Positions 1 to 8,675 of a DNA stretch of 47,647 nucleotides are shown piece after piece (positions within the stretch are counted from its first letter, which is position 1; each line of letters opens with the position of its first letter). Made by a program: the position numbers and the translations under genes. Source of the stretch: Myxococcota bacterium (GTDB lineage: Bacteria > Myxococcota_A > UBA9160 > UBA4427); assembly GCA_036336835.1 (NCBI GenBank), contig JAYZFK010000042.1:1-47647 (forward strand), in the 5' to 3' direction. The notes under the pieces were generated by a model. The model did not search any database. It was given only the letters and a program-made list of their open reading frames with translations, and was not told the origin of the DNA.

Positions 1-1755
1 GGTCGCGATCACCACCACGTCGACCGGGTTCATCTCCGACGGGAGTGTGGAGAACTGATAAATCTCGGGCGGCAGCGTGTCGATGCCAGTGATCCGCTCG
101 ATCATGCCCTGAATCCACGGCAGCTGATCGGTCACGGCGACCCCAGCCAGCACACCCAGAACCGTGCCGGCAAGCCCGATCAAGGTTCCTTCGAGCGCAA
201 AGATCCGCTCGATACTCACGTCCTCGGCACCCATTGCTTTCAGAATCGCGATATCGCTCGACTTCTCCATGATCATCATGATCAGGGTCGCGACGACCAC
301 GAAGGCCGCGACCACCATCACGATCGACAGCAGGATGAACATCATCACGCGCTCGGTCTTGAGCGCCTGGAAGAACGCAGGAAAATATTCCTTCCAGTCG
401 CGGCTGTAGAACGGATACTCGAGCGTGCGCACGACCTCGTCGGCGACCCGCCGCGAGCGGTACAGGTCGGTCGTCCTCGCTTCGAGTCCATCGACCACGT
501 CGCCCGCCTTGCGGAAGTCCTGCGCGGCGCTGAGCGAGGTGTAGGTGTAGACCTCGTCGTACTGGAAGAAGCTCGATTGGAAGATACCGACCACCTGGAA
601 GCGCTTGAGCCGCGGCGCGGGGCCGAGCGGCGTCGGCGGCCCACCGTAGGGCGAGATCAGCAGCCGGGGGTCGCCGACGCCGACGCCCACTGCCGACGCG
701 AGCTGATTGCCGATCACGATCCCGGACAGCGACGCTCCGTCTCCGTTCGATCTCTCTTGCGACGGTGTCAGATCCTCGAGCGCACCGACCTGCATGTCGT
801 TGCTCAGATCCGTCACCCGGCCGACCCGCGCCGGATCGACGCCGCGCAGCCGCACCGCGAACACGTCGCCCTGACGACTGCGAATCATGCCTTCCGCATC
901 GAGATAGGGTGAGACCGCCGTCACGCCGGGGGACTGGTCCACGATTTTCAGCACCGACTCGTAGTCCGAGAACGGACCGAAACCGCTGTGGACCGTGAAG
1001 TGTGCGCGGTTGCCGATGATTTCCTCGCGCCAGGTGCGCTCGAAGCCGTTCATCACCGACAACACGGTGATGATGAGCCACACTCCCGCGGCAATACCGG
1101 TGATGCAGATGGCCGTGATCGTGGAAATGAAGACCTGACGGCGCTGCGCCACCAGGTAGCGGACCGCGATGAACCACTCGGCGCTCTTGCGCATCCCGAC
1201 CAGACCCGCCGCAGCGAGGGGCAGCAACCCGAACACCACGACCGCGATGAAGAACGAGCCGAGCAACTCACCGATGGTCGCGACCAGAGGGATCGGGGTC
1301 TCCAGCACGAGCCGCAGCACAGGGGGCGCCACCAGATACAACGCCGCCGCCGCGCCGACCCAGACGACGGCGATGTACACGAGGCGCCGAGAGCTCGTGA
1401 AGCGCAAGCCGAGCGCCGCGACCGTCGTGGCGATCAGGCAAATTCCGACAGTGCGAGCGAGATAGACGCGATAGACGGCGAACCACTCCGACCACGAGGC
1501 GACGGAGAGCTCCGGACGCTGCTCGACGACCAGGATCGTCGCCACGCTGGCCGCCACCAGCAGAGCGAAGCCCGCGACCAGCCCCCAGCTGCGCGAGACG
1601 CGCGCGAAGCGCTCGAGCACGATGACCGCGGAGCCCAGGAATACCGTCGTCATCGCGGCCATCGCGATGACGAGGCCCACGATGAAGACGAGCGCCAGCG
1701 CACCGCCCGTCGCGGCGAGCGCCTGCCACAAGCCCATCGCGCCGCCAGGCTCCAT
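1..1755 (-). CDS. lolE: Lipoprotein-releasing ABC permease LolC/E family with 187-aa hydrophobic N-terminal extension (3' end runs off window)
   Basis: Not in the ORF track because it is open-ended. Manual translation from ATG 1755 gives MEPGGAMGLWQ..., then MRKSAEWFIAVRYL...VLSVMNGF...IAILKAMGA, which are typical LolC/E motifs. Starts 1 nt after the lysS stop. Confidence 0.9.
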   Translation of the reverse strand, partial: MEPGGAMGLWQALAATGGALALVFIVGLVIAMAAMTTVFLGSAVIVLERFARVSRSWGLVAGFALLVAASVATILVVEQRPELSVASWSEWFAVYRVYLARTVGICLIATTVAALGLRFTSSRRLVYIAVVWVGAAAALYLVAPPVLRLVLETPIPLVATIGELLGSFFIAVVVFGLLPLAAAGLVGMRKSAEWFIAVRYLVAQRRQVFISTITAICITGIAAGVWLIITVLSVMNGFERTWREEIIGNRAHFTVHSGFGPFSDYESVLKIVDQSPGVTAVSPYLDAEGMIRSRQGDVFAVRLRGVDPARVGRVTDLSNDMQVGALEDLTPSQERSNGDGASLSGIVIGNQLASAVGVGVGDPRLLISPYGGPPTPLGPAPRLKRFQVVGIFQSSFFQYDEVYTYTSLSAAQDFRKAGDVVDGLEARTTDLYRSRRVADEVVRTLEYPFYSRDWKEYFPAFFQALKTERVMMFILLSIVMVVAAFVVVATLIMMIMEKSSDIAILKAMGAEDVSIERIFALEGTLIGLAGTVLGVLAGVAVTDQLPWIQGMIERITGIDTLPPEIYQFSTLPSEMNPVDVVVIAT

Positions 1756-1756
1756 G

Positions 1757-3250
1757 CTACTCGTCGTCCCCGGCCCGCGGGCGCATGTGCGGAAACAGCA
1801 GGACTTCGCGCAGGTTCGGCGAATCGGTCAACAGCATCACCAGACGATCGACCCCCACTCCGAGCCCCCCGGTCGGCGGCATCCCCTGCTCGAGGCACTG
1901 CAGGAAGTCCTCGTCGAGCGGGTGCGCCTCCTCGTCACCCTCGGCGCGGGCGGACTGCATCGCTGTGAAGCGCTCGCGCTGCTCGAGCGGATCGTTGAGC
2001 TCGCTGAACGCGTTGCCGAGCTCGATGCCGGCCGCGAACACCTCGAAGCGCTCGACCACACGCGGATCCTCGGCACTGCGCTTTGCGAGCGGCGAGAGAT
2101 CGACGGGATGATCGGTCACGAAGATCGGCTGCATCAGCTCGGACTCGACGTAGCGGCTGAACAGATCGTCGACCAGTACGGCCCAGGTCGGGGCCTCGGC
2201 GGGTTCGAGACCCGCCCCGCGCACCGCTTCACGGAGCGCCCCGAGGTCCGCTGCAGCGAGGATGTCGACGCCCTTGCAGCGCTCGGCGATGGCGTCGCGC
2301 AACGTCGTGCGCGGCCATGGCGGCGAGAGATCGAGCGTCTGGCCCTGGTACTCGACCCGTGCAGTACCCAGCACCCGCTCTGCGATCTCGCCGACCATCG
2401 CCTCGGTCAGGTCCATCATGTCGTTGTAGTCAGCGTACGCCTGGTAGCACTCCATCATGGTGAACTCGGGGTTGTGCTTGCGCGAGACGCCCTCGTTGCG
2501 AAAGTTGTGTCCGATCTCGTAAACGCGATCGAAACCACCCACGATCAACCGCTTCAAGTAGAGCTCGTCGGAAATCCTCAGGTACAGATCCTGGTCGTAG
2601 GTGTTGTGCCGCGTCGAGAACGGGCGCGCGGCTGCACCGCCGTAGAGCGGCTGCAGCACCGGCGTCTCGACCTCGATGAAACCGCGCGCGTCGAGGAAGG
2701 CCCGCATCGCAGTGATCGCGCGCGATCGCGTCAGCGCCGTCGCCCGGGCCGACTCGTTGACCAGCAGGTCGAGAGAACGCTGGCGGAAGCGGGCCTCGAC
2801 GTCCGCCAGGCCGTGCCACTTCTCCGGCAGCGGACGCAAGCTCTTCGACAGCATCTCGATCCGTCGCGCGTCGAGGGTGAGCTCGCCCTTGCGGGTGCGC
2901 CAGACGAGGCCTTCGACCCGCAGGAAATCGCCGACGTCGATCTGCTTCTTCGCGAATCCGAAGCCCTCGGCGTCGATTTCCTGCTTGCGTACCGACACCT
3001 GGAGCTGGACGCCGTCCTGCAACAGATGGAAGAAGATCAGCTTGCCGAAGGAACGGTGCGCCATCACCCGACCGACGATCGCAGCCGACGTAGGATCCGC
3101 CGCGAGTTCCTCCTCGCTCGCCGCCTCGAACCGCTCGCGCAGCTCGTTGATCGCACAGTGCTCGCCGACGCGTGCCGGGAACGGCTCGGTGCCCTGCTCG
3201 CGCAGCGCGTCGAGTCGACTCCGCCGCGCCTCGCGCTCGTACTCGCTCAT
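1757..3250 (-). CDS. lysS: Lysine--tRNA ligase (class II)
   Basis: YLRISDELYLKRL, FRNEG..HNPEFTMME and GMPPTGGLGVGVDRL motifs. ATG at 3250 overlaps the prfB stop (ATGA). Confidence 0.97.
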   Translation of the reverse strand: MSEYEREARRSRLDALREQGTEPFPARVGEHCAINELRERFEAASEEELAADPTSAAIVGRVMAHRSFGKLIFFHLLQDGVQLQVSVRKQEIDAEGFGFAKKQIDVGDFLRVEGLVWRTRKGELTLDARRIEMLSKSLRPLPEKWHGLADVEARFRQRSLDLLVNESARATALTRSRAITAMRAFLDARGFIEVETPVLQPLYGGAAARPFSTRHNTYDQDLYLRISDELYLKRLIVGGFDRVYEIGHNFRNEGVSRKHNPEFTMMECYQAYADYNDMMDLTEAMVGEIAERVLGTARVEYQGQTLDLSPPWPRTTLRDAIAERCKGVDILAAADLGALREAVRGAGLEPAEAPTWAVLVDDLFSRYVESELMQPIFVTDHPVDLSPLAKRSAEDPRVVERFEVFAAGIELGNAFSELNDPLEQRERFTAMQSARAEGDEEAHPLDEDFLQCLEQGMPPTGGLGVGVDRLVMLLTDSPNLREVLLFPHMRPRAGDDE

Positions 3251-4414
3251 GCCCCGCCTCCCCCTGCCCCACCGCGAGAATCCGCTTTGGCGGACTGCCA
3301 CAGCAGGGTGGCGCGAATGAAGACGTCGAGGTCCCCATCGAGCACGCCCGTCACGTTTCCCACCTCGACATCCGTCCGATGGTCCTTGACCCGCTGCTGG
3401 GGATGCAGCGTGTAGGAGCGGATCTGACTACCAAATCCGATCTCTCGCTTCTCGCCCGCGAGCTGCGCGACCTTCTCGGCCTGCTCACGTCGCCGGCGCT
3501 CGAACAGCTGCCCCCGTAGCACCTTCATCGCCTGGGCTTTGTTCTTGTGCTGCGAACGCTCGTTCTGGCACTGGACGACCACGCCGGTCGGCATGTGGGT
3601 AATCCGCACCGCGGAGTCGGTCTTGTTGACGTGCTGGCCGCCCGCGCCGCTGGCGCGATAAGTGTCGATCCGCAGGTCGGCCTCGTCGATCTCGACGGCG
3701 ACATCGTCATCGAGCTCGGGGACCGCCGTCAAGCTGGCGAAGGCCGTGTGACGGCGCGCCTGGGAATCGAACGGCGAGATGCGCACCAGGCGGTGCACGC
3801 CTTGCTCCGAGTTCAGATAGCCGTATGCGTACTCGCCCTCGACGCGCAGCGTCGCACTGCGGATGCCGGCCTCCTCGGCGGGCTGCAAGTCGAGGACCTC
3901 GCTCTTGAAGCCGCGCCGTTCTGCCCAGCGCGAGTACATCCGCAACAGCTTCTCCGCCCAGTCCGCCGCGTCGGTGCCCCCGGCGCCGGAGTTGATCGAG
4001 ACGATCGCAGCTCGGTCGTCGTACTCGCCGCCGAGCAGCTGTCGCAGCTCGACATCGCCAAGCGATGCGTCGATTGCCGCACACTGCGCGGCCACCTCGC
4101 GCAGCGTGGCGACGTCATCCTCCTCGCGCGCGAGCTCGAGCAAGGTCTCGGTCTCCTCGAACTCTGCGTCGAGCGAATCGTAGAGCGCGACCTCGCGCCC
4201 GACCGCGTTCTTCTCGCGATTCACGCGCTCCGCGTTCTCGCGGTCGTCCCACAGGTCGGGGCGCGCCGTCTCGGCCTCGAGCGCCTCGAGCCGGACGCGC
4301 AGGGCCGCCAGGTCAAAGACGCCCCCGGAACTCGTCGAAGCGCACGCGCATAGCCTCGAGGCGCTCGACCACCTCCGCGGGATCGACCGTTGCCGCGTCG
4401 GTTTCGCTCGCCAT
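3247..4414 (-). CDS. prfB: Peptide chain release factor 2, with programmed +1 frameshift at codon 33
   Basis: SPF (ISPFDS) and GGQ motifs. ORF1 from ATG 4414 (MASETD...FRGRL) ends in CTT TGA C; the +1 frame continues DLAALR... into the 3247..4224 ORF frame. Confidence 0.97.
4312..4327 (-). promoter_or_regulatory. RF2 autoregulatory frameshift cassette
   Basis: CGGGGG-CGT-CTT-TGA-C on the minus strand: an internal SD-like run plus the canonical CTT TGA C slippery site. Confidence 0.93.
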
Positions 4415-4417
4415 CGC

Positions 4418-6070
4418 TCACTCCCCCCCCAACTGTTGCGACCGGGTACCCGCGCGCCGCCCGCGCCGAAAACCCCAGCCGAAGGCCACCGCTACCGCGC
4501 CCCAGCAAGCCTCGGCGAACAGGTCACCGAAACGCACGTAGAAGGTCGGCGGCGAGCCCGCCGCCCGCAGCGGCACGTCGGCGACCAACAGCGCGGGCTC
4601 GAAGATTCGCGTCCTCTCCCGGACCCGACCGGATGCATCGATCGCGGCCGAAACCCCTGTATTCGCGGCGCGAACCGTCCAAAGGCCCGTCTCGGCCGAG
4701 CGCAGGGCGGTCATCGCCAGGAACTGGTAGGGGGCACCGGTCCGACCGTACCAGGCGTCGTTCGTGATCGCGAGCAGCACCCCCGCTCCGTCGCGCACGA
4801 ACCTCCGCACCAGGTCCGGGAACAGGAGTTCATAGCAGATCGGGATACCGACCCGGACCGATGAGACCGGCGGGATCCGCAGGCCCGACGGAGGCGCCGA
4901 CTCGAGCCCGCTCATCACCGGGTCCTCGAGGCGCAGCGTGACGGACGCCGGACGTTCACCCGGGAGGATGTCGCGACTGGAGATGCCTGTTGCCAGCGCC
5001 GTAGCGATCCGACCGATCAGCCAGCGCAAGGGCACGTACTCCCCGAAGGGCACGAGATGCGTCTTGTCGTAGCGGCCAATCCACTCACCGTTGGCATCGA
5101 CCGCGAACGCGCTGTCTTGGTAGGCAATCCCGCCTTCGGCGTGGACGGCCGTACCGACGGAGCCGAACACGAGTACGCTGCGGGTCTCACGCGCCAGCGC
5201 CTCGATCCGCTGCTGGACTTCGTACTCGTATTCGACGGCGGCGGCGACCGCCGACTCGGGCCAGACGGCGATCCTCGCCCCCCGCGCGCCGGCGGCGCGC
5301 GTGCCCTGCTCGTACTCGTCCAGCGTCCGCTCGAAGCGCGCTGGAGACCACAGCTCGCGCTGGTCGACGTTGCCCTGAACGGCCGCGATTCGCAGCGAGG
5401 GCGCGTCTGGGCCTGGCTCGGCAGCGCGCATCCAGGGGCCGAGCAGGTGGAGTCCGATCACGACGCCGAGAGCGAGAGCTGCCTCCCGCGAGAGACGCCG
5501 CTCGCGAGCAATGCGGGCGAGCGTCGCACCGCCCAGGGCTACCGCGAAGCTCAGGCCGTAGACCCCGGTGACCGTGACGATGCCCAGCAGCCAGCGGTTG
5601 AGGTGCTGGGCGTAGCCAATCGTCGCCCAGGGAAAACCGCCCAGGAACCACGAACGGCCGTGATCGAGCGCGACCCAGAGCGCTGCCAACACGAACAACG
5701 AACCCGCGCCGCGCGACACCAGCCAGGCGGCAGAGGCCGCAAACGCCGCGGTGAAGAGCGCCGGGTACAGCGCCATCCCGAAGGGCGCCAGCACCCCGAG
5801 CAGCGGATGCGCGTTGCCGTAGTGCACGGTGACGACGTAGGCCCAGTGGAGCACGCCCGCGTGTGCGACGAGCCCGAGTCCGAGCCCGCGCAGGGCGGCA
5901 GAGCCCGGCGAGCGATCGCTCGTGGAGAGCAGCAGGAAGGCTGGAGAGAGCCACGACGCGGCGATGCCGAGATCGATCACCGTCCCGAAGACTGGATGGG
6001 GGAACGACAGGAGAGTCACGACCAGGTAGCCGACCCCGAAGACGAGCTCAGCGCGTGTTCCGCCGCTCAC
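4418..6070 (-). CDS. lnt: Apolipoprotein N-acyltransferase
   Basis: GFPW, WPES, YDKTHLVPFGEY, ICYE, TNDAWY and RAANTGVS motifs; multiple TM helices. GTG overlaps the ybeY stop. Confidence 0.96.
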   Translation of the reverse strand: MSGGTRAELVFGVGYLVVTLLSFPHPVFGTVIDLGIAASWLSPAFLLLSTSDRSPGSAALRGLGLGLVAHAGVLHWAYVVTVHYGNAHPLLGVLAPFGMALYPALFTAAFAASAAWLVSRGAGSLFVLAALWVALDHGRSWFLGGFPWATIGYAQHLNRWLLGIVTVTGVYGLSFAVALGGATLARIARERRLSREAALALGVVIGLHLLGPWMRAAEPGPDAPSLRIAAVQGNVDQRELWSPARFERTLDEYEQGTRAAGARGARIAVWPESAVAAAVEYEYEVQQRIEALARETRSVLVFGSVGTAVHAEGGIAYQDSAFAVDANGEWIGRYDKTHLVPFGEYVPLRWLIGRIATALATGISSRDILPGERPASVTLRLEDPVMSGLESAPPSGLRIPPVSSVRVGIPICYELLFPDLVRRFVRDGAGVLLAITNDAWYGRTGAPYQFLAMTALRSAETGLWTVRAANTGVSAAIDASGRVRERTRIFEPALLVADVPLRAAGSPPTFYVRFGDLFAEACWGAVAVAFGWGFRRGRRAGTRSQQLGGE

Positions 6071-6507
6071 GGACGGACGAGTCGCCACAGCCGCTGCTCC
6101 TCGGAGTGCATGGCGCGCGCGGCGTCGTCGCGCTCGTGATCGTGTCCGACCACGTGGAGCAGGCCGTGGATCAGCAGCTTCGTCACCCTCTCATCGAGGC
6201 TGCGCCGGCGCTGGCGAGCCTGGCGCGCCGCGGTGTCGACGCTGATCACGACGTCGCCGAGCAGCCGGCCCCGGTGCTCGCCGTGCTCGCCCTCGAGCAG
6301 CGAGAACGACAGCACGTCCGTGGCCCGTCGCTTGCCGCGGTGCTCGGCGTTGAGGACGCGAATCTCGTGGTCGCCCACGAGCGACAGCACGAGCTCCTCG
6401 CGCGAGCGGCCGAGACCGCGCAGCAAGACGGCGCCGCGGCGGCGCAGACCAGCGAGATCCAGCCGACCTGCCGGGCGCTCGGGCGGGCCCACGATCACCA
6501 GACTCAC
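6067..6507 (-). CDS. ybeY: rRNA maturation endoribonuclease YbeY
   Basis: TDVLSF, LGDVVIS and HGLLHVVGHDH zinc motif. GTG at 6507 overlaps the phoH stop. Confidence 0.95.
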   Translation of the reverse strand: MSLVIVGPPERPAGRLDLAGLRRRGAVLLRGLGRSREELVLSLVGDHEIRVLNAEHRGKRRATDVLSFSLLEGEHGEHRGRLLGDVVISVDTAARQARQRRRSLDERVTKLLIHGLLHVVGHDHERDDAARAMHSEEQRLWRLVRP

Positions 6508-7526
6508 TCCGCCGACTCGTCCCCCGTGGAAGCGGACCGCTCGGCTACGCGGCTCTGCTCGGCGCGCTCGTAGGCGAGGACGATCGACCGCACGAGCGGA
6601 TGGCGCACCACGTCCTTGTCTCCGAAGCGCATCACGGCGATGCCCTCGACGTCGCTCAGCACCTCGAGCGCCTCGGAGAGCCCGCTCGTCGTCCCGGCAC
6701 CCAGATCGGTCTGTGTGACGTCGCCGGTGACGACCGCCTTCGAGCTGTAGCCGAGGCGGGTCAGGAACATCTTCATCTGCGCGCGCGTCGTGTTCTGCGC
6801 TTCGTCGAGGATCACGAAGCAATCGTTGAGCGTGCGACCGCGCATGAAGGCGAGAGGGGCCACCTCGATCACGCCGCGCTCCATCAGCTTGGCGGTGCGC
6901 CCCATGTCCATCATGTCGTGGAGTGCGTCGTACAGCGGCCGGAGATAGGGATTGACCTTCTCGGTGAGATCGCCGGGCAGGAAGCCGAGCCGCTCGCCCG
7001 CCTCGACCGCCGGACGTGTCAGGATCACCCGCGAGACCTCGTGGCGCCCGAGCGCCGCGACAGCCATCGCCATCGCCAGATAGGTCTTGCCGGTACCCGC
7101 CGGACCGACCGCCATCACGATGTCGTACTCACGCATCAGGTCGACATAGCGACGCTGTGCGAGGTTCTTGGCGGCGATCCGTCGTCGCCCGCTCGTAGAC
7201 GACAGCAGATCTTCGTAGACGTCCTCGAGACGGACGTCTGGCTGCTGGCTCACCATCCGAACCACTTCGCGCACCGCGCGCGCATCGACCCGCCGTCCCT
7301 GCAGCACGCCGCCGTACAGCTCTTCGAGGACCTTGCGAGCGGATGCGACCGAACCGACGGCACCGATCAGTCGGACCTCGTTGCCCCGCGCGTGCGCGTC
7401 GACGCCGAAGGCCTGCTCGAGGATCCGAAGGGTCTCGTCGCCGGGCCCATACAGCTCGGCAGCCGCGTGATTGTCGTCGAAGACCAGGGTCTGGCGGGTT
7501 CGCTCTTCGCTCAGGGTGGTCTCCAC
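6504..7526 (-). CDS. phoH: PhoH family ATPase
   Basis: GPAGTGKT, RPAVEAGERLGFLPGD, PLAFMRGRTL and DEAQN motifs. Confidence 0.96.
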   Translation of the reverse strand: METTLSEERTRQTLVFDDNHAAAELYGPGDETLRILEQAFGVDAHARGNEVRLIGAVGSVASARKVLEELYGGVLQGRRVDARAVREVVRMVSQQPDVRLEDVYEDLLSSTSGRRRIAAKNLAQRRYVDLMREYDIVMAVGPAGTGKTYLAMAMAVAALGRHEVSRVILTRPAVEAGERLGFLPGDLTEKVNPYLRPLYDALHDMMDMGRTAKLMERGVIEVAPLAFMRGRTLNDCFVILDEAQNTTRAQMKMFLTRLGYSSKAVVTGDVTQTDLGAGTTSGLSEALEVLSDVEGIAVMRFGDKDVVRHPLVRSIVLAYERAEQSRVAERSASTGDESAE

Positions 7527-7541
7527 AACCTCGCCGGCGCG

Positions 7542-8675
7542 CTATCGGGTGGGCCCCGGTTCCGGCGGAAGGACGATCACGCCGCCGCTGCGATGCGCAT
7601 AATAATAGGAGTCGATTTCTGGCGCCGCCAACGCACCCGAGCCGGACCAGCCGGTGCGATCCACCGCCGCGAGCTCACGCGGCCAATCCGACCACAGATG
7701 TCGGTGCGCATCGAGCGCGTGACGCAGTCGCCGCGTCTCGAACGCGGCTGCCGCTCGCTCCAGGGCGCGCGGCTCGATCAGCGTTCCCGGGACGGGAGCC
7801 GGCGCCAGCAGCCGCTGGCTGCCCGCCCACATCACACCCGCCAGAGCCGCGAGCGGCAGCAGGGCCGCCAGCGCAGAACGAACACCCGAGACCAGGCCCG
7901 CGACAGCTCCGCGCTCGGACGTGCTGATCGGAGACGGCACCGACTCCGCGATCTCGATCGAGCCGGCGTCGAGCAGCCCGGCCAGGGCCCGCGTGCCCTC
8001 GAACGTCCCGACGCGCGACAGCTCGATGACGCGTCTGATGCTGAGCCGGCCGTCGACGAGCTGGAAGACTCGCTCGGCGCGACCGAGCGTCTCTCGCCCG
8101 ACCTTGCCGGCCGTACTTCGATAGTCGTCGAATGTTCCGGAACGCTTCACGACGGCGCTCGCGTCCGGCACACGCGATTCGAAGGTGCCCCACTCGTCGA
8201 CCATGCGCAGCCCTTCCATCAGGATCTGCTCGGCGCCGAGAAGCCGGTCGGGCGATCGATCGTGCTCTACGTGGCACGTGGAGAACTGGAAGCTGCCGCT
8301 GGTGAGGCGAAGGACCTCGAAGATCACCTCGCGCGTCAGCAGGTCGACGATCTGCTCGATCTCCTCACGCGACACGTCGGCGCTCTCGACTGCCACGACG
8401 CGGTAGGCGCGGGCCGAGGCGATGCTGGCGCGTCCCATGGCCTGGGCGCGCTCGCGCGTGACCAGGCCACAGCGGACTAGCATCTCGGCGAGCGCAGCGT
8501 GATCGGAGTCGCCCCGCGGCTCCGCCGACACGACCGAGCCGTCCTCGAACTGGATGCGCAGCGTACGGTCTGCCGGCTTGATCTCCAGCACGCCGGTCTT
8601 GCGCTGCTGGCCGATCAGCTGGAACACCTCGGCGATGCCAAAGTCCTGAAGATTTCCGTGCAGCGCGGCGCCCAC
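7542..8675 (-). CDS. DUF4388 (PATAN-like) domain protein with one TM helix and a C-terminal extracytoplasmic domain
   Basis: N-terminal LHGNLQDFGIAEVFQLIGQQRKTGVL and ILMEGLRMVDEW, typical of DUF4388; hydrophobic segment near residue 270. Confidence 0.8.
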   Translation of the reverse strand: MGAALHGNLQDFGIAEVFQLIGQQRKTGVLEIKPADRTLRIQFEDGSVVSAEPRGDSDHAALAEMLVRCGLVTRERAQAMGRASIASARAYRVVAVESADVSREEIEQIVDLLTREVIFEVLRLTSGSFQFSTCHVEHDRSPDRLLGAEQILMEGLRMVDEWGTFESRVPDASAVVKRSGTFDDYRSTAGKVGRETLGRAERVFQLVDGRLSIRRVIELSRVGTFEGTRALAGLLDAGSIEIAESVPSPISTSERGAVAGLVSGVRSALAALLPLAALAGVMWAGSQRLLAPAPVPGTLIEPRALERAAAAFETRRLRHALDAHRHLWSDWPRELAAVDRTGWSGSGALAAPEIDSYYYAHRSGGVIVLPPEPGPTR

